64,000 nt of DNA from Pelomyxa schiedti. Lineage: Eukaryota; Protista; Evosea. Under the pieces are notes generated by a model. That model was given only the letters and a program-made list of their open reading frames with translations. It was not told where the DNA came from and ran no database searches. The stretch is from the NCBI GenBank assembly GCA_020536535.1, contig JAHLWZ010000858.1, positions 6,582 to 70,581 on the forward strand, in the 5' to 3' direction. The position numbers were made by a program, and so were the translations under genes. Below, piece by piece: positions 1 to 11,000 of the stretch. Each line of letters begins with the position of its first letter. Position 1 is the first letter of the stretch.

Positions 1-1839
1 AGTGGTTCTTATTATTTGGTATATATTTCCTTCCAAGACTTGAATGAAAGACTACCATATAAACAGGTTCGCGAACAAGTTCAGTTGCCCCAAAAATGCT
101 TTGTTGTGACCTTGACACCTTCACATGGACCTTACTCGCTTCACCTCCTGTTGTAGGATTGATGCGTGGTTATACTCTTATTAATTTTGAGGGTATATTA
201 TTCCTGCATGGAGGAAAACTCAAAGTACAGTTTATATATATATATGTGTTCTCCCTCTCCATGTGAGGTGATGACCCTCATAACCATGTACTCCTAGAGT
301 GGAATAGCCGACGATGCCTACCTTTATCAACCCTGCTCTGATATGTGGCAAAAAGTCACACCATCACCAGAAATGACTCCTCCTGCACTCTACTTTCACT
401 CAGTGATTACTTCTCAAGATCACCTCTATATATTGGGTGGAATTAGTAGTACAGGGCATTCATCTGACATTACTCGGGTTTTCATTCCTCAGTTAGTTGG
501 AACCGCCCTAGGAAAACCTGACTTACTTTCCACTCTGCACGACGAAATTCTAATGCGGATTTTTTCTTATCTGAGGTACCCCTTCCTCTCTGGGTACTGT
601 TGACAATAGCAGAGCATCAGATTTGGCAATGGTGTGTGCAGTGTCTAACCGACTAAGACAGTTGGGTACACTACCATCCCTATGGTTCAATCACGTTGAA
701 GTAGTAGTTCAAAGCTCAACTCTGTATCTCTATGGTGCTACGTGAATTTTTCCTAAGAAATAGGCCTTACTTCTCCCAGAATCATATCCAAAGCTTGACA
801 CATCATCAGTCGCGGACAAGGGGCGGAATTGGTGCAAGTTTTACTACAATGCCAGAAGGGTTGACTCGTTTTACCATGTGGGACACTTTGTGCATAAGAA
901 ACAAGGCATGCACAAACTTATAGAGAAAATTGGAGCTAGACAATGTTTGAAACTTGCAGTTGTAGGCAGCCCGGCAGTAGGCAAGGTTTAATTTTGCATC
1001 TTGCACCAAGTTCCTATCTCTTAAGTAAAAAGTCAGGTGTAACTCGACAATTGATATGCGGCCATTTGTAAACCTGTTCCTTTTTCTTTCCTTTGTCAGC
1101 GACGAATAGGATCGAGGAAGACCCCGAAATAATCGATTCCTTTCGAAAACAATGGAGACAGGGAGGTAAAAGTTTCCTGTAAGAAGCTCCATTTGGGAGA
1201 TCAATCTCATTTTCCTTTAGACTGGAGGTAATGGATGCAGCAGAACCAGTTCACGAAGATTTGTATGCAGATGTAGATACCAGTATTCTTATTTCAAACT
1301 TTGTAGCCGGGAACTTTTTGATCAGTTTATGACAACAGCCTATGGCTATATCATTGTCTACTCAGTAACTGATGTAGAATCATTTGTGGCTGTCGACAAA
1401 TGGTTAAAACTAATAGCCACAAATTGGCAAATAACTGGGCCATACGGTTTTGGCTGGCCTGCAATCGTTTTGTGCGCCAACAAGGTACTTGACATTAAAT
1501 ACTATTTAAATCCTACCAAATAACAACCTACCCAACAGTGTGACCTAATTGAGTCACGAAAGATACCAACAGCAACAGGTATGATGAAGGCTTTGGAGAT
1601 TGGTTGCCCTTATATTGAAACAAGTGCCGTGACAAGGTTTCTTTCAATTCCTTTTTCTTTGGAGCCTCACACCCACACCCACCAGGAAAAATCTAGAAGA
1701 AACATTTTTCACTGTCATTTTTGAGGCTGCTCGTCTCCTGGTGAGATGTTAGCTTTTTTTTTTGTCAATCCTAAGAAATTCTTAGAGAATTCTTGATGAA
1801 CAAGGTGCTACAAAACCGACCAAATGCTTGCTTATGTAA
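1..1839 (+). CDS. 5'-partial multi-exon Kelch-repeat + F-box + atypical Ras-like GTPase fusion protein with C-terminal CAAX
   Basis: Kelch repeats (LFLHGG, YFHSVITSQDHLYILGG), F-box (LSTLHDEILMRIFSYL..AVSNRLRQL..SLW), G1 KLAVVGSPAVGK|S, YIIVYSVTD, G4 CANK|CDL, G5 YIETSA. Ends KPTKCLLM-TAA at 1837-1839. Confidence 0.8.
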
Positions 1840-1890
1840 CAATGTGAATCGAATTTTTGTATTATTAATTCTAACAACATGTTGGCATTC

Positions 1891-4143
1891 TTAGCCATCA
1901 ATTTGTTGATCTCCAAACTGCCGAATTATGGCGTCATTATTTGGGTTCTCTTTGCCTAGTATGTCTGGGTAATTGTTGACCAGTTCATTCCATATTTTTG
2001 ATGGAATTAGCTGATGTGCTACGCTGCTTGGGTGGAATGCTGTTTTTTTTTTGTTAGTGTATTTATGTCTTGAGAAGGGTTCACACAATCCCAAGGTTCG
2101 AACATGATAATTGGGTCATATCCCTGATCAATCACTTCCTGGATAGCTTGTAGCTTGTACACATTGTAGTCCAAGAACATAACATCGAAGTTATCGTAAT
2201 TTGCAGTAGCAGCAACATCCTGATACACAGCGTTCAAAGTTTCAACTTGCTGTACAGAGGCATAAGGGATATTGATTCTGTTTTTGGATGAGAAGTACTT
2301 CGTCAGCCCAGTCTCTTCTGTTGGGATCCACAAGTGTACAATATAAAACTCCAGTGCATATTTCCATGTTCCACCAATCCTCGTAACTTATCTATTTGTA
2401 GGCTCAGAAATTGAAGGTCTTTTTAAGGAAGATTCACCCTCATAATAGGTTGAGTTCCATCTTTTCCGATGTCATACATCGTGCTGCAAGGGAGTAAGGT
2501 GAAGTAACAATTTAAAGTGAATGACAATGAAACACAGACCTGTTTTCGAGACCCATTAGAACAACATGACTACCTGAAGGAAGTTTGGAAGAGAGACCAT
2601 CCAAAATTGTCAGAGTATTTTCTTTGAACACAGTTGGATCCACCGGGTCCTCAGCACAAATGTCTCCAAACCTGCAACACGTATTAGAGAATTGTGCATC
2701 ACTGAGCCAGTTTTACTCTGCAGATAGAAATACAAGAAGCGGTCTCTCTGTCGTATTTCGGGCCAGTGACACCGCATAACTTGAAGCCAAGTCCCCAACA
2801 TTAGCTCCATTGATTCCAATGTTTTGGTAATCCCGGAAGTTGCACCGGTTCCTGTTCCTCATGTACCAGTATATAGAAGAAGGTGTTGTGAAATTGATGT
2901 CGTACTGAGCATCTGGTATCTCAAATCCTGTCCACATGGAGTACTGAGGCCTATAATCAAGTATGATTTTCCACGGGGTGGCTGAATTGGAAAATTTTTT
3001 ACCAGTCTCCAACGTTATATAGCATTTCTGTGATGAGAGGCTGAACAGATGGATTTACGAGTTCTGGATGTACGAGGCTGGAAGAGGGTCAGGTCAGACT
3101 GAAATTACAAAAAGAAATCACATACTCCCAAGGAACAGTGAAGTGACTGGCCTCACTTGCCCCAAGAACCGCCACGCCAAGTCCTGGATAAGGAGCACAC
3201 CACTCTTCCTCATAGGACTTTAGGGCAGAATACATTCCAGATATGCCTGAGATACAGAGAAAGGTGAGAAACACCAAATTTCTCTGGGGAACTGAAACCG
3301 TTGCAATTCGTATCAATAGCACCTGTTTCAGTAACTCCTGGGTGTCTACCAGCCTCCAAGTCACTGCAGTCCTACGGAATCTTAGAGAACTATGGAGAAA
3401 TGATGAACTCAACCTTCCCTCTGAAGGACCAGCCTCTCAATTCATAAGCCTCCGAAAACCAATCACCATCAATATCCTCCAGAGGGTATAAAAAGCCTGA
3501 ATCCCTTGGAGAGGGTGCCAAAATTGACTGAACCGCAGCAGTAACTGATCTAATGGCTTCCTCAATCTCTGGGGCTTGCTGTGTTGCTGAAGCTTGTACT
3601 GTGTCAGAGTATACTGGACAATTACCTTTTCAAATTAAGCTTTGACAGCCACCCAAAAAGAACATACCATTACATACTCCTAAGGCCACACACATATCAT
3701 CAGAGTACGTGTAATTGCCCATCACTGGATACAGCACAGGCCCTAAAAGCAAATAAGAAAGGACTTAGGTAAAGAAAAAAAAAAGTACCAAGAATGTCAG
3801 CAAAACCGATACATGCCACGTGGTACACAGTCCCCTCTGCAAACAAATCATCACACAAGGCAGGAAACCCCTCCTCGGGTGTATATCCATTTGCCTCACA
3901 ATACACCTGCAAGTAACTTATCTAATTAACCAAAAAAAAAAAAAAAAAAAAAAAAACAGAGATTAGTGCTTTGAAAAAAAAAGAAAAAAAAGAGACCCAG
4001 GTGAAACAAATAGGAAACAATACCAGAATCATACAAAACCCACACGTCGGCGTGTCTTGGGCTCTAACAATGTGGCTGGCCCCCGTGGAAACCACAGTGC
4101 CAAAAAGAACGAGAAAAACACTACCCAGCAGCACCTTGCTCAT
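1891..4143 (-). CDS. AOAH: Acyloxyacyl hydrolase homolog (signal peptide + saposin domain + SGNH/GDSL lipase), multi-exon
   Basis: Signal peptide then saposin cysteines (CGFC). AOAH-specific motifs DIDGDWFS..LRGWSFRGK|DC, YEEEWC...LGASEASHF, RNRCNFRDYQNIGING, EPWD|SFHP and C-terminal ILGKENPNNDAIIRQFGDQ, all matching my recollection of mammalian AOAH. Confidence 0.9.
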
Positions 4144-4317
4144 TTTGTTTTGGTTTGGTTTTTAATTTTGTTGTTCACTTGCTTGTTTTTGCAAAAGAGC
4201 AAAACAGTGGAAAAATTTCCTAACACGAAACTGGAAGATTTACAACACCAGCGAAAGGAGATCCCGGAAAAGTAACTTTTTCGTTGTTCCCAGTCCATCT
4301 CCTTGTATGGCGCACGA

Positions 4318-6674
4318 TTAGTCGTGTAGCTTTCTGCATACGGTGCACGTGAGAAGCATTACAGAGCATAAACCCACGAGAGCCACAGTCAACAGCGCAA
4401 CTATTTGCGTGATCAGTTGTGAGGGTGGAGAGATAAGTGGGCTACTTTTTCTTTGTAATGACCACGGGGCTGGCTTCAACTTGTGTACTTGCTTGGCAAT
4501 CTCTATTGTTGCACCGACTGTCTCCATGAGCAACGCATCTTTATCAACAAGCATGAGCTTTGAGATGTGTTGGCCATTTCTATTCATATGTTGGTCAGTT
4601 TAGTTAGTCTCAGATCAAACCTCAATTTTAAATCAATGGGGGATTCGACAACGGCGTTTGGGTAAATTTCTTTCACTTCTTGAGCTATGACACCATGTCT
4701 TGGCTGTCTAGTGTGGTCTACTTCTTCCTATCATTACAAAAAAATATGTGAGCAGATAGGTGTCCCTCTTAGGTTTCAGAGAACCTTCATAGTGTACTCG
4801 TAGAGTTTCACTTGAGTGAGCTTTTCCAATTGCTCAGATGTATCCAAAGGCTTGATGTTTTCTTTGATTCTAATATCTATTATAACTGTCAAATGAAATT
4901 TTACGGGGAGAAGAGACCTGAAGGTTGGTGGATTGTCCCTGTCAGAGCTATGTTTCCCATAACTGTGAGCGCTTCAGCTGGATGTTTGGTGTTGATACCA
5001 ACTTTCCCATCAAACACGGTAATTTTTGTTGAGTGCGAGTTGCTGGTGTCTGTTAAAGAATTATTTTATAGGTAGTTTGAGAAATGCATCCCGACCTCCA
5101 ATGCTCGGAAGTTGAAGTGGAACAGACTTGACTGTGTCACTTGGCTCCTAGTGGTTCACAGTTCAGGATTGGCAGAAACAAAAGGGCTATACCTTGACTT
5201 TGGGAGAGTATTTGCCAGGGTGGTTTCCTCGGACAATGAGGGAATCAGAAATCTTTGATAAAATAGAGAAATCGGAGGCTCGAGTGTGGACGGATAGTGT
5301 TACTATGACTCGAAAAAATTCTTGCTGAGAGCATGTAAGAGGCAAATATGACAGAGAGATAAACTTTTTTGTTATCAGAATTGTGTGAGGTAGCCTTGGC
5401 AAAGTACAGTTTGGGGAGAATGCACTTCATATAGTAAGGTTTTAAAGCAAAAAGAGATTTTTCCTACAACCTTTTGACCTTGTACGCAAGAAAAAAGACA
5501 TGGGCTCTTTTGTCTTTTCTCCCTTGTTACAGTTGAGTAATATAAATCGACCTATTATTATTTTTGACTTCACAATACCAACAACTTGCTGCAGGTGGAA
5601 ATTGATACCTGCTTTGGTGGTGTTGTGTCAGCAATGATTGCTGATACTGCATAGGACAGGGACTCTATTTGCTCCAGTTTGTCTTCATTCAATACGTATC
5701 TTTAAACAATTAAAAAAAAAATATAAAATAAAATCATACTGGACTGGAGAGCAGCTGTTTGTGACAAAAGTACAACTCATTTTGAGTTGGTTTCTCCTAT
5801 AGTGTATGAAGGAATTTGTTTCTGAACTGAAAGAGTATCCTCCAGATTCTATGGCAATGTCATATCCCCTAGAGAATATTGGAGACTATTTACATTAAGA
5901 AATAATGTTACGTTGGTTGCATATTGGCATCATATAATACAGTGCAGGGGGAAATTAGATAGGTCCATGATAATACGTTTGAAGGAGAAATGGCACAAGA
6001 AAATGGCGGGTCTTCTGCAGGCCGTTTCTTCCCTGCTAGTGTGTCAGGCGAATCCAAGGTTGTAGAGGGTGGATTGGTTGCTTGAAGTTGTGCAGTTGCT
6101 GGTGATGTTGTACTGGGTGTGGAATTCAGCAGAGACGATGTTGGTGAAGTGGAAGCAGTGTTGGTGTATTGATAATCCTTTTTTTTAAGTGTGAGTTATT
6201 GTGCTTGTGGCAGAGGTATGAAGGCAGTTACCTTGGGTACAGCATCTGGCGCATTACCGATACAGAAATGAATATAACATTAAAACGAAGGCTACGAATA
6301 TCAACCTGTACTAGTGGAAGAACTGACAGGCGCCAGTGGGAGAGGCAAAAACGGAGTAGTATCAGAAACTGAGGGTGGTGATATTTGCCCGAAATTTTGT
6401 ACATAGTCAGGTGTAAACGGAAACGGGGGTTGCAGAGGTGTATCAGGTTGATAAAGGCTGAAAGGAAAGCCTAAAGTCGTGTCCGCACCCTCAACATTGA
6501 AGTACGGAGAACTAGGAGGAGCATTGTTCCTTTATGCGTGTGAGGGAAGACAGGGGCTGGTGAAGAATCAATAAATAATATCATTTTATAGCACGCGAGG
6601 GAAAAAACGATATTATGACACAGTATCCGGGAATTGGTGACAAACGCCACAACAGAATCGGCAGCACCGGCCAT
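4318..6674 (-). CDS. MYRF: Myelin regulatory factor / MrfA-like membrane-tethered transcription factor (Ndt80 DBD + peptidase S74 autocleavage domain + TM); start uncertain
   Basis: Ndt80-type motifs LYFAKATSHN and LIVRGNHPGKY. Spliced QPS|DIRIKENIKPLD (Ser-Lys dyad), GVIAQEVKEIYPNAV, VDKDALLMETVGATIEI. C-terminal TM IVALLTVALVGLCSVMLL. Confidence 0.85.
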
Positions 6675-6962
6675 TTGTTTGTTCAATGAACGCGCCAAGG
6701 AGAGATCTGTAACTTTTAATTGGAAGTCCGAGTCACTGCGACTGTGGGGTTCAGAGCAAACTTCCTCATGAGGCTCCAGAAGCGAGCGAGGCTGGAGAAA
6801 GGAATCCCCAGGCGGAGACCAACTTGGTCTGACCTGGGCCCATCAAAACAGAGCCCAAGGTCAGTGCACTTTTGAGAAACAAGTTTGATTTCAAAGGGCA
6901 AGCAACCCGAAGAAACGAAAAAAAAAGAGAAAAAAGAAAAAAAAAAAACCAACGCAAACACG

Positions 6963-7889
6963 ATGCAAAGGCGGTCGTTTATACCAGCTGATGAGGTCAA
7001 GGAGCTCGCAGCGAGCTTTCCAAACCTTTTTGCTTTTGCTGAGTCTTTGTTGCCCATGGCCCAATCGTACTTTTTTTTTCCCTGACGTGTGGGAGTGGGT
7101 CTGTTTGGGGTGTGAGGCCCTCTTACTTGTAATTAATCTTATGCTGTAGGTACGCTGTAGCGCCTGTAAGTAAGTTCTACGTTGGGGCTGTTGGGATTGG
7201 TGTGAGTGGGGCTATTTACCTTGGCGGGAACCACGAGTTTCCCCAGGCGGCGATTTGTTTCACAGTCCACGCGGAACAGTGTCTGTATGCCAATGCACGA
7301 ATGCACGGTGAAAATGCTCTCTCTGCGTTATTTGTAACAGCAGCCCCGTGCGGACACTGCCGCCAATTCTTGGCGGAGTTCCACCCTCTGGATTCTTTCC
7401 CTGTTACAATAACCGGTAAGCCCACGATGGTCTTAGGCCAGCTCCTGCCGCTAGGCTTTACAGGGTATTACTCCATGTATAGAGACTCCACACTCGTACC
7501 TAAACTTGTTAAATAGGAAGGATTTCCTCCCAGAGTCAGGAACACCCAAAACATGTTGTACCACCCCGGCCACTGACCGTGTGCACGCAGCAGCAATTGA
7601 AGCAGCTAAGCTTTCACACTGCCCGTACACTGAAAACAATTCCGGCGTAGCATTAGTATATGCAGATAATACCATTTTCACGGGGCAGTACCTCGAAAAC
7701 GCCGCATTCAACCCCAGCATGAATCCACTTGTAGTAGCACTCATGATGGCCCATCTTGCAGGCAAAGCTGAACCACCAGTGAGATGTGTCTTGGTGGAGA
7801 GTGGAGATCGTTTTCCCAATCAAGGAGCCGCGCGCCTCCTGCTGCAAACCATAGCCCCCGCTGCACACCTAGAGATCTTTAGACTATAA
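6963..7889 (+). CDS. cdd: Cytidine deaminase, homodimeric (E. coli/plant type), 2 introns
   Basis: APVSKFYVGAV, HAEQ and PCGHCRQF zinc motifs, plus second pseudo-domain SHCPYT...YLENAAFNPSMNPL. Confidence 0.92.
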
Positions 7890-8071
7890 TACAACTTACC
7901 GTATCCCTGTTGTATCGCTTTTATGCCGTGACGACTCCTGAAAAGTAAACAAAAAGTGAGATCTTTGTTTTCGCTTTTTTTAAAAGCGAAATTGTGATTG
8001 GGCGTGAGTAGTTTGCCGGCGTGTCATCGTTGTGCGAGGACGACGAGTGAGATCGCATTTTTACAAAAAAA

Positions 8072-11000
8072 ATGGGGAACCGTTTGGCCCTGACGCAGCA
8101 GGCGTTCAACATTGAGTTCTATGTGCACGATGTGCCTCGGTTTTCACTTGCGAGGTTGATAGGCAAAGGCCGCTTTCTCAAGACATTGCAAGGTTCACTG
8201 GCCCGAGAACAAGACCACCACGACATCGTTGTCAAGGTGTTTCCGAAATGGGACCCAAATGACACTCCTGCATTACAAGAGCAAATTGTACGGCTGAAGG
8301 GTAGGTAATGCCCCATTGGCGGGGAAGCACCTCTAGCCGTCAATTCTGATTGCGGAAATCAAGGTATAAGAGATGCCTACCTACGTGTGGAAAATCCCAA
8401 TGTATTTCCATTTGTGAGTTTTTTGGAAACAGAAAAAGCTGGTTTGTTGCACTCCCCACTGGGTTCTACCTTACAATGTTAGGCTATATGATCCGTCAAT
8501 ACTTTGCGAATAATTTATCTGACCGTATAAGGTTAAACTTTGAGGGTGCTACTCTGAACAAACTTATTTTACAGCACACTTCCTTTCCTTACAATTGAAG
8601 ACAAACTGTGGATTACCTATCAGCTGTTGCGTGGTGTAGAACAATCACATAAACTGAAAATCTGTCATGGAGATATTAAAGTTGATACTCTTTTATAATT
8701 TCTTTTTTAATGCTTGGTCAGTGTGAAAATGTGATGCTTACAAGTTCTAATTGGGTGTTCCTTTCAGATCCCGCTCCATATAAGCCAGTATATCTGCCTG
8801 AGGTACTACAACAGAAATAGTTCTGTTACTTATGTCTTTAATAGGATAACCCTGCTGACTTTTCTTTCTTTTTCGATAATATGGGTCGACGCACTTGCTA
8901 TATTGCCCCTGAGAGGTTTCTGTTTTCCTCCTTTTGTGATCTCCAATTTAGAAACAAAAGATTCTACAAGAGTGGAACTCCACCACCTTCAGGGAAAGAA
9001 CTTGAACTTTCAATGGACGTATTTTCTTTGGGGTGTGTTCTGCAGTTTTTCTACTGCTCTGAAAAGACTCAGATGTGTGATTGCTGAATTGTTTCTTGAG
9101 GGAACTCCTCTATTTGATCTATCACAACTTCTTGATTACCGGTATTTGGTTTGTTTTTTTTTTTTAGCACTGTCCAATGAAAGCTCAAGAAAAGGAGACT
9201 ATGACCCATCATCTACCATACACAGAATTCCTGTTTTAGCTATCCAAGATTTGGTCTCTCATATGGTTCAAAAAGTACCTGAACGAAGAAAGACTGTTTC
9301 TGAGTATCTGAGTACCTGGTAGGAAAATATGCCTTCCAATTTCTACTTACAAGTTGTAGGTCTGGGACTGGATTCCCCTACTTTTACAATGACTTTCACT
9401 CACTAGCATCACACTTGAATCGAATGGCTCCAGATGATAGAATCATGGCAATAAGTAGGCAAATGAAAGACATTCTGGTGACTGTGAACGCAGTACAATT
9501 ATGTGAAGAAGACGACGGGGACGAGCAGCATTCCAAAGCTTGTTCACACCACTCCCAAGTATAACTTTACGCATTAGCACTCTGGAATTTATCTCATTTA
9601 GGTTATGGAGACTATAAGTTCTGAAACCTTCCTGCACTACCCCAGTTCACAACCAGCATCCCCTTTAGTAGGAGAACTGCCACCTTCCAGCTATGCTCAG
9701 TTTTATGACTCTGGTCCCTCCCCTTCCCCGACGGTGACAGTGACAGCATCAACACTACCGGGAAGGCCAGCACCTTCTGAAAGTTTGGTCATTTTCCTTG
9801 CTCTTCTTACCTCCTGTACCCGGAGTGCTAAGGTTGAAGTTGTCTAAGGTAATTCTGCCAATACTCACTTTATCTAGCTTGCATCTTCTCGGTTGGTTCT
9901 CTTGAAACTGTTCCGAAATTTTGCAAAATATGTTGGAGATGAAGCCCGGATGCAACGTCTACTACCCTACACAGTCTCTTTACTATCTGATGAAGCACCA
10001 CTAGTGCGTGCTGAAGCACTGAAAACTCTCGCATATGTGGTATGCCCTTTTGGGCTCAACAAGCAATTCTTATTATTACAACAGCTGAAACACGTTAATC
10101 ATCTGCCTTCAAGTGACACTCTCGTTTTCCCAGAATACATTTTGCCAGCATTGCAACATCTCAAATTTGAGGAAAAACACGAAATTGTTCGCTTGACTTT
10201 TGCTCGTTATTTGCCAATATTGGCAGATTCCTCTCGTAGATTTCTTGAAGCTGCACATGTACCACTTCCCCCTTCAATTGAAATATTTATCTTCTCGATA
10301 GCTCTACAGACAAAAGTCTCTTTCGGGCACCAAGGCATTAAATCAGCAACAAGTATGCTTAAAATGATAGAAAGTGATAAGCGTCAAAACAATTGTAGGA
10401 AAACTTTGACACTGAACTGGTTGCCCTGCACAAGGGATTTCATGATATAGTTCAGGATTTATTGGTATGACTGCATCACATAAATTGGTAATTTTCCCTA
10501 ACAGTTTATCAGACCAGATTTGTCACAAGTCCAATAAAAATTGCTTTTACCACAGTAACACTCCGTTCTCCAATTGCACTTTCTTCCTAGAAATGATACA
10601 TTTCAGGATGTGACCCGCCTGTGCACCTTTTTTGGCCACCAACGAACTAATGACTTCTTGTTACCGCTTATTATCTCCTTTTTAAATGACAAAGACTGGA
10701 GACTGAGGTTTTTAAAAAACAAAAAAGGGAAAGTACAAATCCTCTAACTACATGTAGGTGCACATTTTTTGTTCATATCGTTGGAATTAGCTTGTTTGTT
10801 GGCCAGCACAGTCTGGAGTCTTTCATTCTTCCCTGCATTCAACAAGCTTTTTATGGTTTGCCTGCCACTTTGGTTGTCTCCCTCATTTTCTACAGACCAG
10901 GAAGAGTTTGTTATAGACAAGGCAATAAGCAGTGTTGCTTGTCTCTGCGACTTGGGCTTATTTCGTTCTCACTGTATGTATGAGTTGTGTGAAAAAGTGG

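Noticed and set aside
806-1210. 134-aa minus-strand ORF
   Set aside because: Antisense to the Ras exons and has no motifs.
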